A stretch of 64,000 nucleotides of DNA from Felis catus (lineage: Eukaryota). The notes beneath the pieces were generated by a model that made no database searches, was not told the DNA's origin, and was given only the letters and a program-made list of their open reading frames with translations. Where the stretch lies: assembly GCF_018350175.1 (NCBI RefSeq), contig NC_058368.1, positions 57,290,001 to 57,354,000 of the forward strand. The letters run 5' to 3'. Made by a program: the position numbers and the translations under genes. Of this stretch, positions 13,154 to 26,538 are shown in pieces (the stretch's first letter is position 1; each line of letters starts with the position of its first letter).

Positions 13154-13942
13154 TGTAAGAGCTTAAGAATGTAAGCGAACACTAAATAAACATTGGCTAT
13201 TATATTTCCACTGTCCTTTATGTCAGCTGGTAGCTGTGAATCATTTTAGAGAGTTTAAAAAGTGATGTACCAGTTAGGAACTCACATAGAATTCTTGACG
13301 CAGCACTAAAGGAATCCATCTCTCCCTTTACACAGTAAGTTCCTTATTAGCAAATACTAGTTTTATTCACTGGTTTGTCTTCCTCACCAAACAAAGCATT
13401 CTTCAATGAATGTTTTGTTACTAAACCAAAGAATGTTGTGCTTTCTGAAACATTTCTGTTACTGACCATATTCAAGCAATTAGCACCTCCTTTAGGTAAA
13501 ATAATTGTTCTTCCAGTCTCTCCCCATTCCACTTGCTATCATACTTTCCATTATTAAAAACAAATATATTAACATAACAAGCTATTACTAATATGACAAA
13601 CTGGAAAAAGAAAATATAAAAATATGATAGTCCGTTTACTTAAAGGGTACTCTGATGTAACTCCATTATCCAGTTTCAACCTAATTTTCCAGTTCACATT
13701 TTCCCTCTGTTCAAGTACAGTCTGTTCGAGCACACTTGGCACAACAGACTCTTTAATGACCTTACTACTTCCTCTCATGAAATATTCTTTCAGTAGTACT
13801 TTGTAAGCTGCCTAGTGGTGACCACTTCTCCTTCAAGATTCAATTCAACCTCTTTGGTGAAGTCCTTTTCAATACTCCTAGGAGAAATTGTCAAGTTCTT
13901 CAATTGTAATTACTTCCATTAGAGCTCTGTATTGGTTATATA

Positions 13943-14103
13943 GCTTTGATTCTCAATCTTACCTGCACATTAGAAACATCTGGAGATTTTAAAAAGCTTG
14001 TTTAGACCATATCCATATCAATTACATCAGAATTCTGGGCACTGGTAATGGAATCCAGGCACCAGTAGTCTGATAATGTCAATATCAACTTTGAAGAGCA
14101 CTG
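13943..14103. mobile_element. MER5-like hAT DNA element
   Basis: ttctcaatctt..ctgcacattagaa..catctggaga...tttgaagagcactg. Confidence 0.65.
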
Positions 14104-15192
14104 TACTAAGCTGTGAATTCTTTTAGAGAAGTGATGGAACCCTTTAAAAACATCTTATTTGTATGGGCTTTAATACGTATAATAGTTTCTAAGGCACAGC
14201 ACACCCTCAAAAACGTTGATTAAATAAAATAGAGAATGCATATATCTACTCAAGGTGAAATTTCTCAACTACTTTTAGATTTGAATTATAAAAGGATAGG
14301 AATGCTAATATCACTAACGTAAATGAACATTTTTCAGTCCTCTTTTAGAAATAGAAAATGTGGATAACACTGAAAAAATGATAATCAGTCTGGCTACCAA
14401 CTAATTACATTCACTGATTAAGCTTAGAAAAATTCTCATTCTTTCAGCAATATAAATCTAGATGAGCTGTTACACTTTTATTAGAAGCTGTAGGTAGACT
14501 ACATATACTGATATATTAAGAAGTCCACACAAATGATTTACAAGTGATTTCCTGTCAAGAAATCACCAGTTTAATATGTCTATTATGACATATCCAAATA
14601 TTTTGGATTTGTTATGATTTAAATCAAACTTGATTGAGTTCAAGCTTTCCAGAATTGACAACAAAGTAATCCTTATAGACATTTAGTGATGTTTTTCCCA
14701 GTCAACTATTTCAATAAGCACTTATCTTAGAGACATGTCTTGATTAAGTCAAGTGTATGAGTTTGCTAGTCTTCCATTAAAAAATTTACCTGAAATTTTA
14801 TCTACTGAGTTCTTAAACATGTAGGATAATAATGATTATTCAATAAAATATTGGGAAAAAATTTAAAAAATTTATAAACAATACCAGTCTAAGGACTTTA
14901 ACAGTTAAATAAAAAAGACCATTGAAAAAAGCCCATTTCAAAATAAGTGCTTTAAGCTAGAGAGAAATATAATAATAGTCATCTGTGAATTCATGCTTAA
15001 AGCCAATAATACTTCTTCCACTAATTAGATATACAAAAAGTGTTTCCTTTACAAAAATCAGAAAATAAATTTTGATTAAAGAGCTATATTATATATCTGC
15101 CTCCTGCTCTTACCCTCAGTTTCTAGATTATTCACTTTGGTTGGTTTCCCTGGCATGATATTTTATTCTCCTTTTTAAATGAGAACTATCAG

Positions 15193-15414
15193 GGGGCGCC
15201 TGGGTGGCGCAGTCGGTTAAGCATCTGACTTCAGCCAGGTCACGATCTCACGGTCCGTGAGTTCGAGCCCCGCGTCGGGCTCTGGGCTGATGGCTCAGAG
15301 CCTGGAGCCTGTTTCCGATTCTGTGTCTCCCTCTCTCTCTGCCCCTCCCCTGTTCATGCTCTGTCTCTCTCTATACCAAAAATAAATAAACGTTGAAAAA
15401 AAAATTTTTTTTAA
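15193..15414 (+). mobile_element. Young felid Can-SINE
   Basis: 16-bp TSD aaatgagaactatcag (15177-15192 and 15415-15430). Confidence 0.97.
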
Positions 15415-15517
15415 AAATGAGAACTATCAGTGCTCTTTTGCTTCTTCCTGGGTATCATTTGGATCTTGCCCTTCTGCTGCACTCTTTCTCGGCTCAGAAT
15501 AAATTCTCATATTCTTT

Positions 15518-16718
15518 TTTTCAATCGAAGTATAATAAATGTACAGTGTTGTATTGGTTTCAGTTGTACAACATAATGATTCAACACTTCTGTACATTAC
15601 TCAGTGTTCACCATGATGAGTGTAGTCACCATCTGTCACCAAACAACATTGTTAGGATTTTGTTGATTATATTCTCTATGCTTTATTTTCCATCTTTGTG
15701 ATTTATTTATTGTGTAACTTAAAGTTTGTACATCTTAATCCTCTTTATCTATTTCACCCATCCACCTACTCAGCTCCCCTCTTGCAGTGACTGGCAGTTT
15801 GTTTACTGTATTTAAGAGCTTTTTTGGTCTTTGATTGTTTTATTTCTTAAATTACACATGAGTGAAATCATATGGTATTTGTCTGTCTCTAACTTATTTC
15901 ACTTAGCATTATACCCTCTAGGTCCATCCATATTGTTGCAAACAGCAAGATCTCATTATTTTTCATGGCTGAATAATGTTCTATTCTATATGTATATACT
16001 GCATCTTTTTTATTCCTTCATCTATTGATAAACACTTGGGTTGCTTCCATATCCTGGGTATTACAAATAATGTTTCAATAAAGATAGGGGTGTATACAAC
16101 AGGCCAATATCTATGATGAACATAGATACAAAAATCCTCAGCAAAATATTAGTAAATCAAGTTCAACAATACATTAAAAAAATACATCACTATTAAGTGG
16201 GACTTCTTCCAGGGATGTAAGGTGTTCAAATATTTGCAAATCAATCAATGTGATATATCACATTAATAAGAAAAAGTATAAAAACCATAAAATCATCTCA
16301 ATTGATGCAGAAAATGCATTTGACAAAGTACAACATCCATTCATGATAAAAATTCTCAACAAAGTAGGTTGAGAGGAAACATACCTCAGTATAATAAAGG
16401 CCATATATGAAAAATTCACAGCTAACATCAATTCAATGGTGAAACATTGAGAACTTTTCCTCTGAAATCAGAGATAAAACAAGATGTCTACTCTCAGCAT
16501 TTTTATTCAACATAGTACTGAGAGTCCTAGCTGCAGCAATCAGACAGGAAAAAGAAACAAAATTCATCCAAATTAATAAGGAAGAAGAGAAACTGTTACT
16601 CTTTGCAGATGACATGATACTATATACAGAAGGCACTAAAGACTCCCTCAAAAAAGCTACTAGAATTGATAAATGACTTCAGTAACACCACAGGATACAA
16701 AATTAATATGCAGAAATA
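15518..16718 (-). mobile_element. 5'-truncated, 5'-inverted L1 (twin priming)
   Basis: 15518-~16096 is an antisense L1 3' end; ~16097-16718 is a sense ORF2 RT fragment ([13 protein letters not shown]...LFADDMI); TSD tcatattcttt at 15507-15517 and 16719-16729. Confidence 0.88.
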
Positions 16719-17518
16719 TCATATTCTTTAAAAATTCCCTTCCAGACGTTTGAAGTAAAGATCCCATCATTCTTTCCTGCTGGCTTCCGTATCCAATATT
16801 TAACAAAGTTGGGACAAGCTCCAGATCCCTAATTGCTTGATTCTCTGTATGCATTACCCCCCAGAAACATCCCTAGCAATTTCACACTTCTCAGGGGCAA
16901 ACAGGAAAGTTAAAGTCCACTACTAATTAAAAATGGCATAGAAAGGCAAAATTTGTCTTCACATTGACCAAGATTTGATCACAATTTGAAAATATTTATG
17001 CATACACATCTATACACATACATATGAGTATGTATGTATATTTCAAACAAGAATGGGTTGTCAATTATTTATTAAACATTTATATTTCAAAAATGTGTCA
17101 TGCCATTGAATAAACAAAAAATATTATGTAGACTCATTGCCTGACTACAAGCAGCTATCATTCCAGCAGGAATGTTAATAAATACAGGAAATAGAGAATG
17201 CATCTATAGATCCTACTTATTAACTAGATTGCAAAATAATATGCAAAAAAAAGTTAAGGACATATATTGATCAAATTGACATGTTTTCAAAGAGAGATTA
17301 TGTCGTGGAAGAATTTAATCATTTATTAAACATGGACAAAGACTATTAAATCTCAAATAAACCATAAATGTGATTAAATTAGACATCTAAATCTCTAGAG
17401 TAAAAAGGTAATTTATATTAATAATGGTTATTTTGAATTGAAATATTTAATTTTTAAGTGTGCTTCTCTTCTAATTTATTTTGTGATTTCTCATTCAAAT
17501 CTATACTGTATAAAAAAT

Positions 17519-17768
17519 GGGGGACACCTGGGTGGCTCAGTCAGTTAAGAGTCTGACTTCAGTTCAGGTCATGATCTCACATGAGATGGTAAGACCTTGG
17601 TTGGTTCGTTGGTTCAAGTCTTGCATCAGGCTCTGCGCTGACAGCTCAGAGCCTGGGGCCTGCTTGGGATTCTGTGTCTCCCTCTCTCTCTCTGCCCCTT
17701 CCTCTCCCTGCTTATGCTCTGTCTCTGTCTCTGTCTCTCTGTCTCAAAAATAAATGAACATTAAAAAA
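17519..17768 (+). mobile_element. Can-SINE with ~22-bp internal insertion
   Basis: SINE head and tail; TSD-like tataaaaa(a)tg; extra sequence at 17581-17602. Confidence 0.94.
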
Positions 17769-18732
17769 TTATATAAAAATGAATCCTGGCATGGCATATC
17801 TGGTATTTCCCAATTAGCCAGAATATTTGGATAAGCTACCCCATTCTCCAAAAAGAATGATTTTAATTCATAGAGTGCATGTTGTTTTAGGCTGGAGGTT
17901 TATATAATCTCATAATCCTCACTTGAGAGGAAGCTTATGGAAGCAAGGTTAACCAACTTCTTCAAGGTCACATGGATCATTAGCATCAGCCAATATCCCA
18001 CTTTAAACAGCTAAATTGTCTACTCTTGGAATGACACAAAATTAATAGAGACTTATGTACCTTTGAAATAAGGATAACCCTCTTGTTCATTTTCTTCTCA
18101 TTACACTTAGCAATTTGTCCCAATTCACACAAACTTTTACATAGTTACTCTAAATCTTCTTTAAAAGGTAATGTGTCTTTTTCACACAATTGTCCCTGCC
18201 AATATTTCTAATATGTCTAACTTGTTTGAGCTAACACTAAGCTTTTCTCACTGAATGCTATATTTGTAAGTACATAGCTCAGTTCTATTAATGTCAAGAT
18301 TTTCTGCCAAAATACATACCTCTATTACCTCTGCCCCCTCAATCAATTTTTTCCTTTTCTCCTAAAGTGGCTGTTCCTGCTCTAGTGACCCAGAACCTCT
18401 TATATCATAATTTAAAACCAGTGCCAAATATGACCTAAGAATAGCAGGATAATTTCAAATAGTTTTTAAACATAACCATGAAGGATAAAAGATAAATCTA
18501 TTATTAAATATAAATAATTTTGTTGTACATTGTCTTTTTTGCTCTATAATCTGAGTATATATTTCAAGAAAATTTTGAATTGATATATTTGAATATCATG
18601 AAAAAATCCCAGCATCATTATAGAAAATTCTTTCATATAAAATAAATATTTATTTATTTATTGTCTTTCCAAAGATTAACACCAAACATCTCTAACATCT
18701 TAACATATAGGCCTTTCTACACTTTATAGAAA

Positions 18733-18954
18733 TTTTTTTAATGTTTATTTATTTTTGAAAGAGAGAGAGTATGTGTGTGTGTGTGGGGGGGGGGGGGGAA
18801 GAGCAGAGAAACGGAGACACAGAATCGAAGCAGGTTCCAGGTTCTGAGCTGTCAGCCCAGAGCCCAACGCGGGGCTCAAACTCATGAAGTGAACTGTGAG
18901 ATCATGACCTGAGCCAAAGTCAGACGCTTAACCTGCTGAGCCACCCAGGTGCCC
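18733..18954 (-). mobile_element. Can-SINE
   Basis: TSD gcctttctacacttt on both sides. Confidence 0.96.
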
Positions 18955-19579
18955 TAGCCTTTCTACACTTTTAATAGTTTTTGCAAGTAGACATGTTACA
19001 ATTTATTTTTTTAACATCATTCCAAAATTAATGTATTTTGGCACAAACCATCAAAATCAGAGATAACACATCTAGCTACCAAAGTCATTCTGTGACACCA
19101 TCAGTAGCACACACTCTGTAGCAGCATTAATCTACCCTCAGGAAAAGAGTTATTAACATCTATAGATGCTCATACTAGGAATCACAACTGTCAAAGTTTC
19201 CTAGAATTATTCTTGCCTTATTGACCACTCTCTTACTTAATGTGGAGAAAGATATAGTGGCTACTTTGGAATTTGTGAAATTATATTGTCAAAAGCTGCT
19301 TTTACATAACATAAACAAAAACATACAAATAATAAAATATTATTAATCCTTAAAATGAACACATGTGTTTTATATTAAATCATGTCTTAAATGTAAACAA
19401 AATGTTGCACTTAGGTCTTCATATTTTCCAAACATGTCCCAAATATGGTGATGAAATGTACAATGAAGCATTATAGTGACTTGTCTCTCTCTCTTGGTAA
19501 AAGTTGTCTAACTTTTTTCTCCAAAGAGTAAATTTGCCAAAAGTTGTTGTCAAAATAGTTTGTAATTAAAAATAAGACT

Positions 19580-19810
19580 GGGGTGCCTGGGTGGCGCAGT
19601 CGGTTAAGCGTCCGACTTCAGCCAGGTCATGATCTCGCGGTCCGGGAGTTCGAGCCCCGCGTGGGGCTCTGGGCTGATGGCTCAGAGCCTGGAGCCTGTT
19701 TCCGATTCTCTGTCTCTCTCTCTCTCTCTGCCCCTCCCCCCTTCATGCTCTGTCTCTTTCTGTCCCCAAAAAATAAATAAACGTTGAAAAAAAATTTTTT
19801 AAAAATAAAT
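19580..19810 (+). mobile_element. Young felid Can-SINE
   Basis: TSD aaataagact (19570-19579 and 19811-19820). Confidence 0.97.
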
Positions 19811-19994
19811 AAATAAGACTTACTGCAGGTGAGATTATAAAACGTTGTATTGTGAACTTAAAGAACCTTAAATTATAGAGATGGATATTGAGGAATAACC
19901 TAGGAAGCATGTTGATGTCTCATGATAGTGATGACTACTGAAAGGTATGAATGACAATGGCAGGAAACTACTGAGAAAATCTACCATACATTTT

Positions 19995-20204
19995 TTTTAA
20001 TGTTTATTTATTTTTGAGACAAAGAGAGACAGAGCATGAACGGGGGAGGGTCAGAGAGAGAGGGAGACACAGAATCTGAAGCAGGCTCCAGGTTCTGAGT
20101 TGTTAGCACAGACCCCAACACGGGACTCGAACTCACGGACCATGAGATCATGACCTGAGCCGAAGTCGGACGCTTAACCGACTGAGCCACCCAGGCACCC
20201 CCCC
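19995..20204 (-). mobile_element. Can-SINE
   Basis: TSD accatacatttt (19983-19994 and 20208-20219). Confidence 0.96.
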
Positions 20205-20337
20205 ACCACCATACATTTTAAGAAGAATCCTTGTATAACAGCATGTCATGGAGACCCATCCATTGAGTGAACACAAATATTTTGACCATAAAAATTTGAT
20301 AATTGCATTATTGATTATAAACTAATTTTCAAAAACA

Positions 20338-20566
20338 TTTGTTTTTCTTTGTTTTAATGTTTATTTATTTTTTAGAGAGTGGAAGAGAGAGAGACAGAGT
20401 GCGAGTAGGGGAGGGGCAGAGAGAAAGGGAGACAAAGAATCTGAAACAGGCTCCAGGCTCACAGTTGTCATCACAGAGCCCAGCATGGGGCTCAAACCCA
20501 TGAACCATGAGATCATGACCTGAGCTGAAGTCAGATGCTTAATCGACTGAGCCACCCAGGTGCCCC
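20338..20566 (-). mobile_element. Can-SINE
   Basis: TSD aactaattttcaaa (20320-20333 and 20570-20583). Confidence 0.96.
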
Positions 20567-22387
20567 AGAAACTAATTTTCAAATGAAAAACTGAAAACAT
20601 TTCGATTATTAAAATGTTAGAAGGTCGTTGTGTTTCCCTAATTAGAGGACATTTTGTCCCTGCCAATGGTACATTTTAATCAAGTAGAAATAACTATTGT
20701 TTTCAAATCTAAAAAAGCACACAGAAGTTAGTTTATAATTATTTTCCTCATCTGGATTTCTTCTTATGTTAGGTACTTGTTGCAATTTAAAATCAGAGTT
20801 AATTTCAATTTAAATAAAAATATGTGGCTTTATCTGTAATCATTTTATAAAACTCCCATGTTGTTAAGGGGAGTGACTTTTACAGGAGGTTGTCTGTACG
20901 CTTAAACATGTCTGCTAAATCCAACCATGGTTGTGAAAGAAAATGGATTCCTTATTATCAGTGCCTATTTTTCCTGATACTATTTTGTTTTTTCTAAAAT
21001 TCAGAAACTCTGAACACTCAGTAGTTAAGACATCTGTAAGTACACAATGAACACATATTGAATAAATAAGTCAGTGGTGTGTGGGAACTGTATACACATA
21101 AATTATCTCAATTATTCTCCAAACAAGTCCATTACTTCAGAGATGCATAAATTAAGTCCTATAAAAGGTTGCTGACTTTCCCACGGTCACATAGCATGTT
21201 CAACTTTGAACCAGATTTCCTAACCCAAGTTACCTTATTTGAGGGATTTCAGGTTCATCTCTGAATGAGACTTCTTTGATGGTCAAAGTTTACTCAGTTA
21301 TGTTCCTGTGATACATCCCTTCTGATGTTTCTAATCACGACTGGCTATTAACCTGAGGTCTGTCTTTAACATCCAGCTTGGATGTAAACAAAGGTAGCAA
21401 TTTAGATAATGTACTCAGGGAAAATTATGAACAATCAGCCTTTTTAATATATAGACACCTATAAGAAAATCTTTGCTTCTCCATTTAAAACTTATTGATA
21501 AAAATATCTCTCCTTCCAAAACAATTACCTTATGAAGCAATCTTCATCAAATTAGTATATAAATAATCTGTTATCCTTTTTCTTTCTGTTATCGGTTCCC
21601 TAGACTCACCTACTATTTATTCCTCTGCATTCAGGTCTTAATTCTCTTCCCCCTCATTCTGTCTACGTATACTTGTTGTACTAGCAAGCACATCTAATTA
21701 TAGCTGCCTGAGGGTCTAGTGGGAAACTGCAGTATTTGCTCCTATTTAAAAAAAAAAATTCAGGAGTTCAGAGAGAAACTATGGCTTTCATTTCTGTAAT
21801 TTCATCATGAAGTTGTCATTTCTTCATCTACTCAGTGTTCTGTGGTCATGTAATCTTACCCTTTAATTTACCGTATATAATGACAAGTTCTACTTTAAAG
21901 GGAGGGATTTTTTTTTTCAAATAGGCATAAAGATAAATACATAGTACGTGAAAGAAGTAAAGGAAGTTTCTGAGAGAGAGAAAGAAGTAGGAGGGGATTA
22001 TATGTTGGTCTAGAGTGAAAAGAACAAGCAGAAGATTCACATGTAGTGTTACTAAGATAAACCACAGTGTATCATGTGTCTATAACACAAAATTTATCTT
22101 CATGCATACAATGAGAATTAATATTTTGGCCATGGTAACCTTAAATGGACAAAACACCCAAATAGTGAACAAGTAGTCACTACTGTGACTACAATGAGAA
22201 GTGAAGAAGAAGTCTATATATTTGAATGGAATTTAAAATAGTTTAAGCCTGGATTCCTGAGGCACTCAGCAACCCAGAAGCCAGGGTGGAGGCTGGGGGG
22301 GGGGGGGTTCTTTAACTCCATCCTAGGTCAAAGCTGGCCATGCTATTGTACTCCCTAGGAACTAAGAATTACTTTTGCTATTAAAAA

Positions 22388-22598
22388 TTTTTTTAACGTT
22401 TTATTTATTTTTGAGAGACAAAGAGATAGAGCGTGAATGGGGGAGGAGCAGAGAGAGAGGGAGACACAGAATCCGAAGCAGGTTCCAGGCTCTGAGCTGT
22501 CAGCACGGAGCTTGCCATGGAGCCAGAACCCACAAACCGTGAGATCATGACCTGAGCAGAAGTCGGACGCTTAACTGACTGAGCCACCCAGGCACCCC
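22388..22598 (-). mobile_element. Can-SINE
   Basis: Reverse head ...gagccacccaggcacccc and T-tail. Confidence 0.95.
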
Positions 22599-22792
22599 AG
22601 TGAGAGCATTTTTGTTTTTTTTCCTTTTCCCACATATTTTCTTCAAAATGAACAAGTTTGAGAGGACAAAAATGTACATTGCAGGAATTAATAAATTAAC
22701 TAATCTGTGCTGCAATAGCCTTTCAACAATCAAACATAATCTCTAGATTATACTTTTCAGACTAGGAGCAGTTCTAAAATGATGATAACTGT

Positions 22793-23010
22793 TTCTTTTT
22801 TTAAAATTTTTTTAATGTTCATTTATTTTTGGTAGGAGAGAGATACAGCGTGAGCGGGGGAAGGGCAGAGAGACAGGGAGACATAGAATAGGAAGTAGGC
22901 TCCAGGCTCTGAGTTGTCGGCACAGAGCCTGATGAGGGGCTGGAGCCCATGGACCCTGAGATCATGACATCAGCTGAAGTTGGACGCTCAACCGAGCCAC
23001 CCAGGTGCCC
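22793..23010 (-). mobile_element. Can-SINE
   Basis: TSD tgatgataactgt (22780-22792 and 23011-23023). Confidence 0.96.
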
Positions 23011-23356
23011 TGATGATAACTGTCTCTTAATTGGTTTCATACATTTAAACAAAATAGACATTCTGCAGTATGTTTAGATTATAAACAGGAGAAAACAGGG
23101 ATTAAAAATATGAGCAAATACATTTAGGGAGCGAAAGAAGGAAGCATGACTCAAATATTTTTAAATTAAAGGTGACTTTCTAAAGTCCAAAACAACGGGG
23201 AGATTTGACTATTCCAGGCACCAGATAAAACATCCCTTGATAACCCTACTTAAGTACCATATTTGAAATTTTCATTACTTAACACATATAAATTAAAAAA
23301 TATCTGTTACTATAAAAATTACAATGAAAGCAGTTGAGTTTTAAAAGGCTTAAAGA

Positions 23357-23587
23357 GGGGCGCCTGGGTGGCGCAGTCAGTTAAGCGTCCGACTTCAGCC
23401 AGGTCACGATCTCGCGGTCCGTGAGTTTGAGCCCCGCATCAGGCTCTGGGCTGACGGCTCAGAGCCTGGAGCCTGTTTCCAATTCTGTGTCTCCCTCTCT
23501 CTCTGCCCCTCCCCTGTTCATGCTCTGTCTCTCTCTGTCCCAAAAATAAATAAACGTTGAATAAAATAAAATAAAATAAAATAAAAT
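23357..23587 (+). mobile_element. Young felid Can-SINE with (TAAAA)n tail
   Basis: TSD aaaaggcttaaaga (23343-23356 and 23588-23601). Confidence 0.97.
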
Positions 23588-23750
23588 AAAAGGCTTAAAG
23601 ATAAAAAACACAAGCAAACTGTAATCAACTTTTTGGTTTTGCATTGTAGTAAGCATATTATCAAAATAACCTAACATAATGTCTTTGTTTCTCTCTCTCT
23701 CTTTCTCTCTCTCTCAGAGGAATGGGGGCTAGCAGTTTGCTGGGCTAATC

Positions 23751-23780
23751 TTTTTTTTTTTTTTAAGTTAATTTACTTAT

Positions 23781-23828
<48 letters not shown>

Positions 23829-24001
23829 CAAGCACAAGTGGGGGAGGGGCAGAGAAAGACCGGGAGAGAGAGAATCCCAAGCAGTCTCCATGCCAGCAAC
23901 ACAGAGCCGAATTGGGGACTCAAACTCACAAACCCTGAGATCATGATCTCAGCCAAAATCAAGAATCCCTTGCTTAAACAACTTAACCACCCAGGTACCC
24001 C
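23751..24001 (-). mobile_element. Can-SINE with (GA)n tract
   Basis: Reverse head ...ccacccaggtacccc; short flanking repeat taatctt. Confidence 0.94.
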
Positions 24002-24429
24002 TCAGTTAATCTTATCTTACCAATTAACAGTTTCAGTGTTTTGTGCTTTGACTTCAGTTTTTGAACCACAAAGATAAGAATGATAAGAAAAAGGCAAATG
24101 AAGAATTTCCAAAGTTTATTCTAGTCACAAATGTATTTTTTTCTATGACATTTAAAATTAATTGTAGTCATCAGAATTAACTCATAGTATTTTCTCCTTG
24201 TAAAAGGATAAAACATTAACTATAAGGCTCGACCTTATAGCTGTCGACCAGTCCAAACACTTGTACCATTCAATCTGAGTCAAAAGAGCTGAATGCCAAA
24301 CTGTCAGAACCAGAAAACAATTAGTGCAAAGAAAGTAGGGGAACTATGTTAGTTGCTATAACTACATATATTATTATTTAAAAAGTATACAATGAAAAAT
24401 CTGAATAATATATTTCAATATATAAATTG

Positions 24430-25170
24430 AATGGCAATCCTCTGATAGATTTGTCAAGTGGCTTCCCATTTCATTCAGAGCAAAAGTCAAAGTCCTTCTG
24501 AGGAGCAACAAGCTTCAGTCAGACAATTTTCACACCTCATTTCCAATTACTCACTCATTCCTCAGTCCAGCTGTACTGGTCTAATCAGTGCTCTAGAACA
24601 CGTCAGGCTCACTCCCATTTAAGAGTGCTGTCCCTATTCCCACTGCCTGAGATGATGTTCCCTCAGACATACTCTTGGCAAACCCTTTAATTTTTTTCAG
24701 GTCTATGAATAAAAACTCAACTTCTCTACAAGATCTGCCTGAACTCCTTACCTAAGTTTCCACCTAACCTCTTTATTCATCTCTTTATTTCATGGAGCAT
24801 TGTGTTTCCTTTGCCTTCTTTCCATGCATTTTTTTTTTAGTTTATTTATTTTTGAGAGAGAGAGAGAGTGATCAGGGACGGGCAGAGAGAGGGTGTGAGA
24901 GAGAGAATCCCAAGCAGGCTCTGCACTGTCAGCATTCACGAACCATGAGATCAAGATCTGAGTCAAAGCTAAGAGTCAGACGCTTAATGGCCTGAACCAC
25001 CCAGGTGTTTCTCCATGCAGTTTGATTATTTATCTAGTTTCTTGACTAACCCTCTTACAGGTATATAGGAACTGAATCCAGGGATTTTTCCCTGATATGT
25101 TCACTGAGGAATTCCTGGTACTAGAGGAGTGTGTGTCATATGATAGGTGTTCAATAAGTATTTGTAAGAG
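24430..25170 (+). mobile_element. L2 3' end, interrupted by a SINE
   Basis: ggcttcccatttcattcagagcaaaagtcaaagtcctt ... taggtgttcaataagtatttg typical L2 3' text. Confidence 0.7.
24829..25011 (-). mobile_element. Can-SINE with internal deletion
   Basis: TSD tccatgca; reverse head. Confidence 0.92.
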
Positions 25171-25861
25171 GAGAAAATGTATAAAGAAAACCTTTCAATA
25201 TTTCAAGCTGTACACCTTTCATATGAGACCATTTTATGTGTCATAGTCAGTGAATTTGTTGAAATTTTTATTTTACAACTGATATAAGCACAAATTAGTG
25301 TAACTTAAATCTCAAAAGTTAGACTGAAATATTTCAAGGATGTCATTAGGACTCTAACTCTGTCTCTTGCTTCTTCTGCTTCCTCTGCTATTTGCCTCCA
25401 CTTTACTTCATCCTCACAGGATCTCTGTTGGCAAATGGTCCTTTGTAGTTTCATAAATTTTCAAGTGTACAAACCTAGCATCATTCCCAGTTGTTCCAAC
25501 AGAAGTGAAGACAGACTTTACTTGTTTTGGCTGTTCTTGTGTATATTTCAAACCATTGATGATGAATGGAGGTTTCAGTTATATGAATTTCCAAAACTTT
25601 GGAAATTCTTCATTTGCCTTTTTCTTATCATTCTTATCTTTCATAAGATAGAGGTTTCAGGTTGCAATTTCATATCCAGGTGGCAGAAAAGATCTTCCCA
25701 ATTCCTTCTTTTGGATCAATGGTTTAGCAATCTATAGGAAAACATCCACAGAAAAGGATTTCTCCATTTGCATTGAGTTGCAACTTCTTCTGGATTTTAT
25801 ATAATGTGCATTCAGAAACTCTGTTGTCCAGAAGTAGACTCTTAACCATTCTGGAGGAGGT

Positions 25862-26538
25862 TCTTGGGGGAAATAAAAATAAAAATAAAAATCTGCTGCC
25901 AACCCAGAAAATCTATTCATAAAAGTAGTAGAGAAAGAAAACGACTTTATTATTGAATAAGCATTAAACCAGAAGGTGATGTGCATCAAAGGAAATCTAA
26001 AACATTAAAAAAATGGAAAGAAATCTCACTCTTTGAGATAAACAAGCAGACACAACCTATTACACACATGTTCTCAAATAATAATTAGTTCTTAAGTAAA
26101 AGGACTGAAAGGACATTTTGTCACACATATTCATCCTAGATTTACGTGGTGATTAAGTGACTATCTAGGTTTGCTAATTGTTTTTAACTGAAGGAGTAAT
26201 GAACATATATCTTTATGACAAGAGACAGTTCTACAACTTGGAAAGAGAGGCCTATCTGTGTTAGGCTTCTGGCCTCCCATGAAATTTGGGAGGTAGGGAC
26301 TCTATCTACTTTGATGATTACATTTGAAAGAGATGGTTTCTGTGTTCCTAAAAAAAGACATTTCTGGGTCCTGGCAAGAGGCTTATTTAGCAACTAAAAA
26401 TATTTACATGCATTTCAAAGAGAGAAAGCACTTAAAATTATAAGTTTTCTAAAGTAATGCTCTAAAGGGAGAGTCTCTTTCTTTACTTTCAACAGGGGGA
26501 ACTAAGCCTCTTATTTTTAATTTGCATTTCTCCTTTCA
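25862..26538 (-). mobile_element. ERV1-class solo LTR (MER67-like)
   Basis: Minus-strand start TGAAAGGAGAAATGCAAATTAAAAATAAGAGGCTT; minus-strand AATAAA (tttatt) ~25947; 4-bp TSD aggt (25858-25861 and 26539-26542). Confidence 0.75.
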
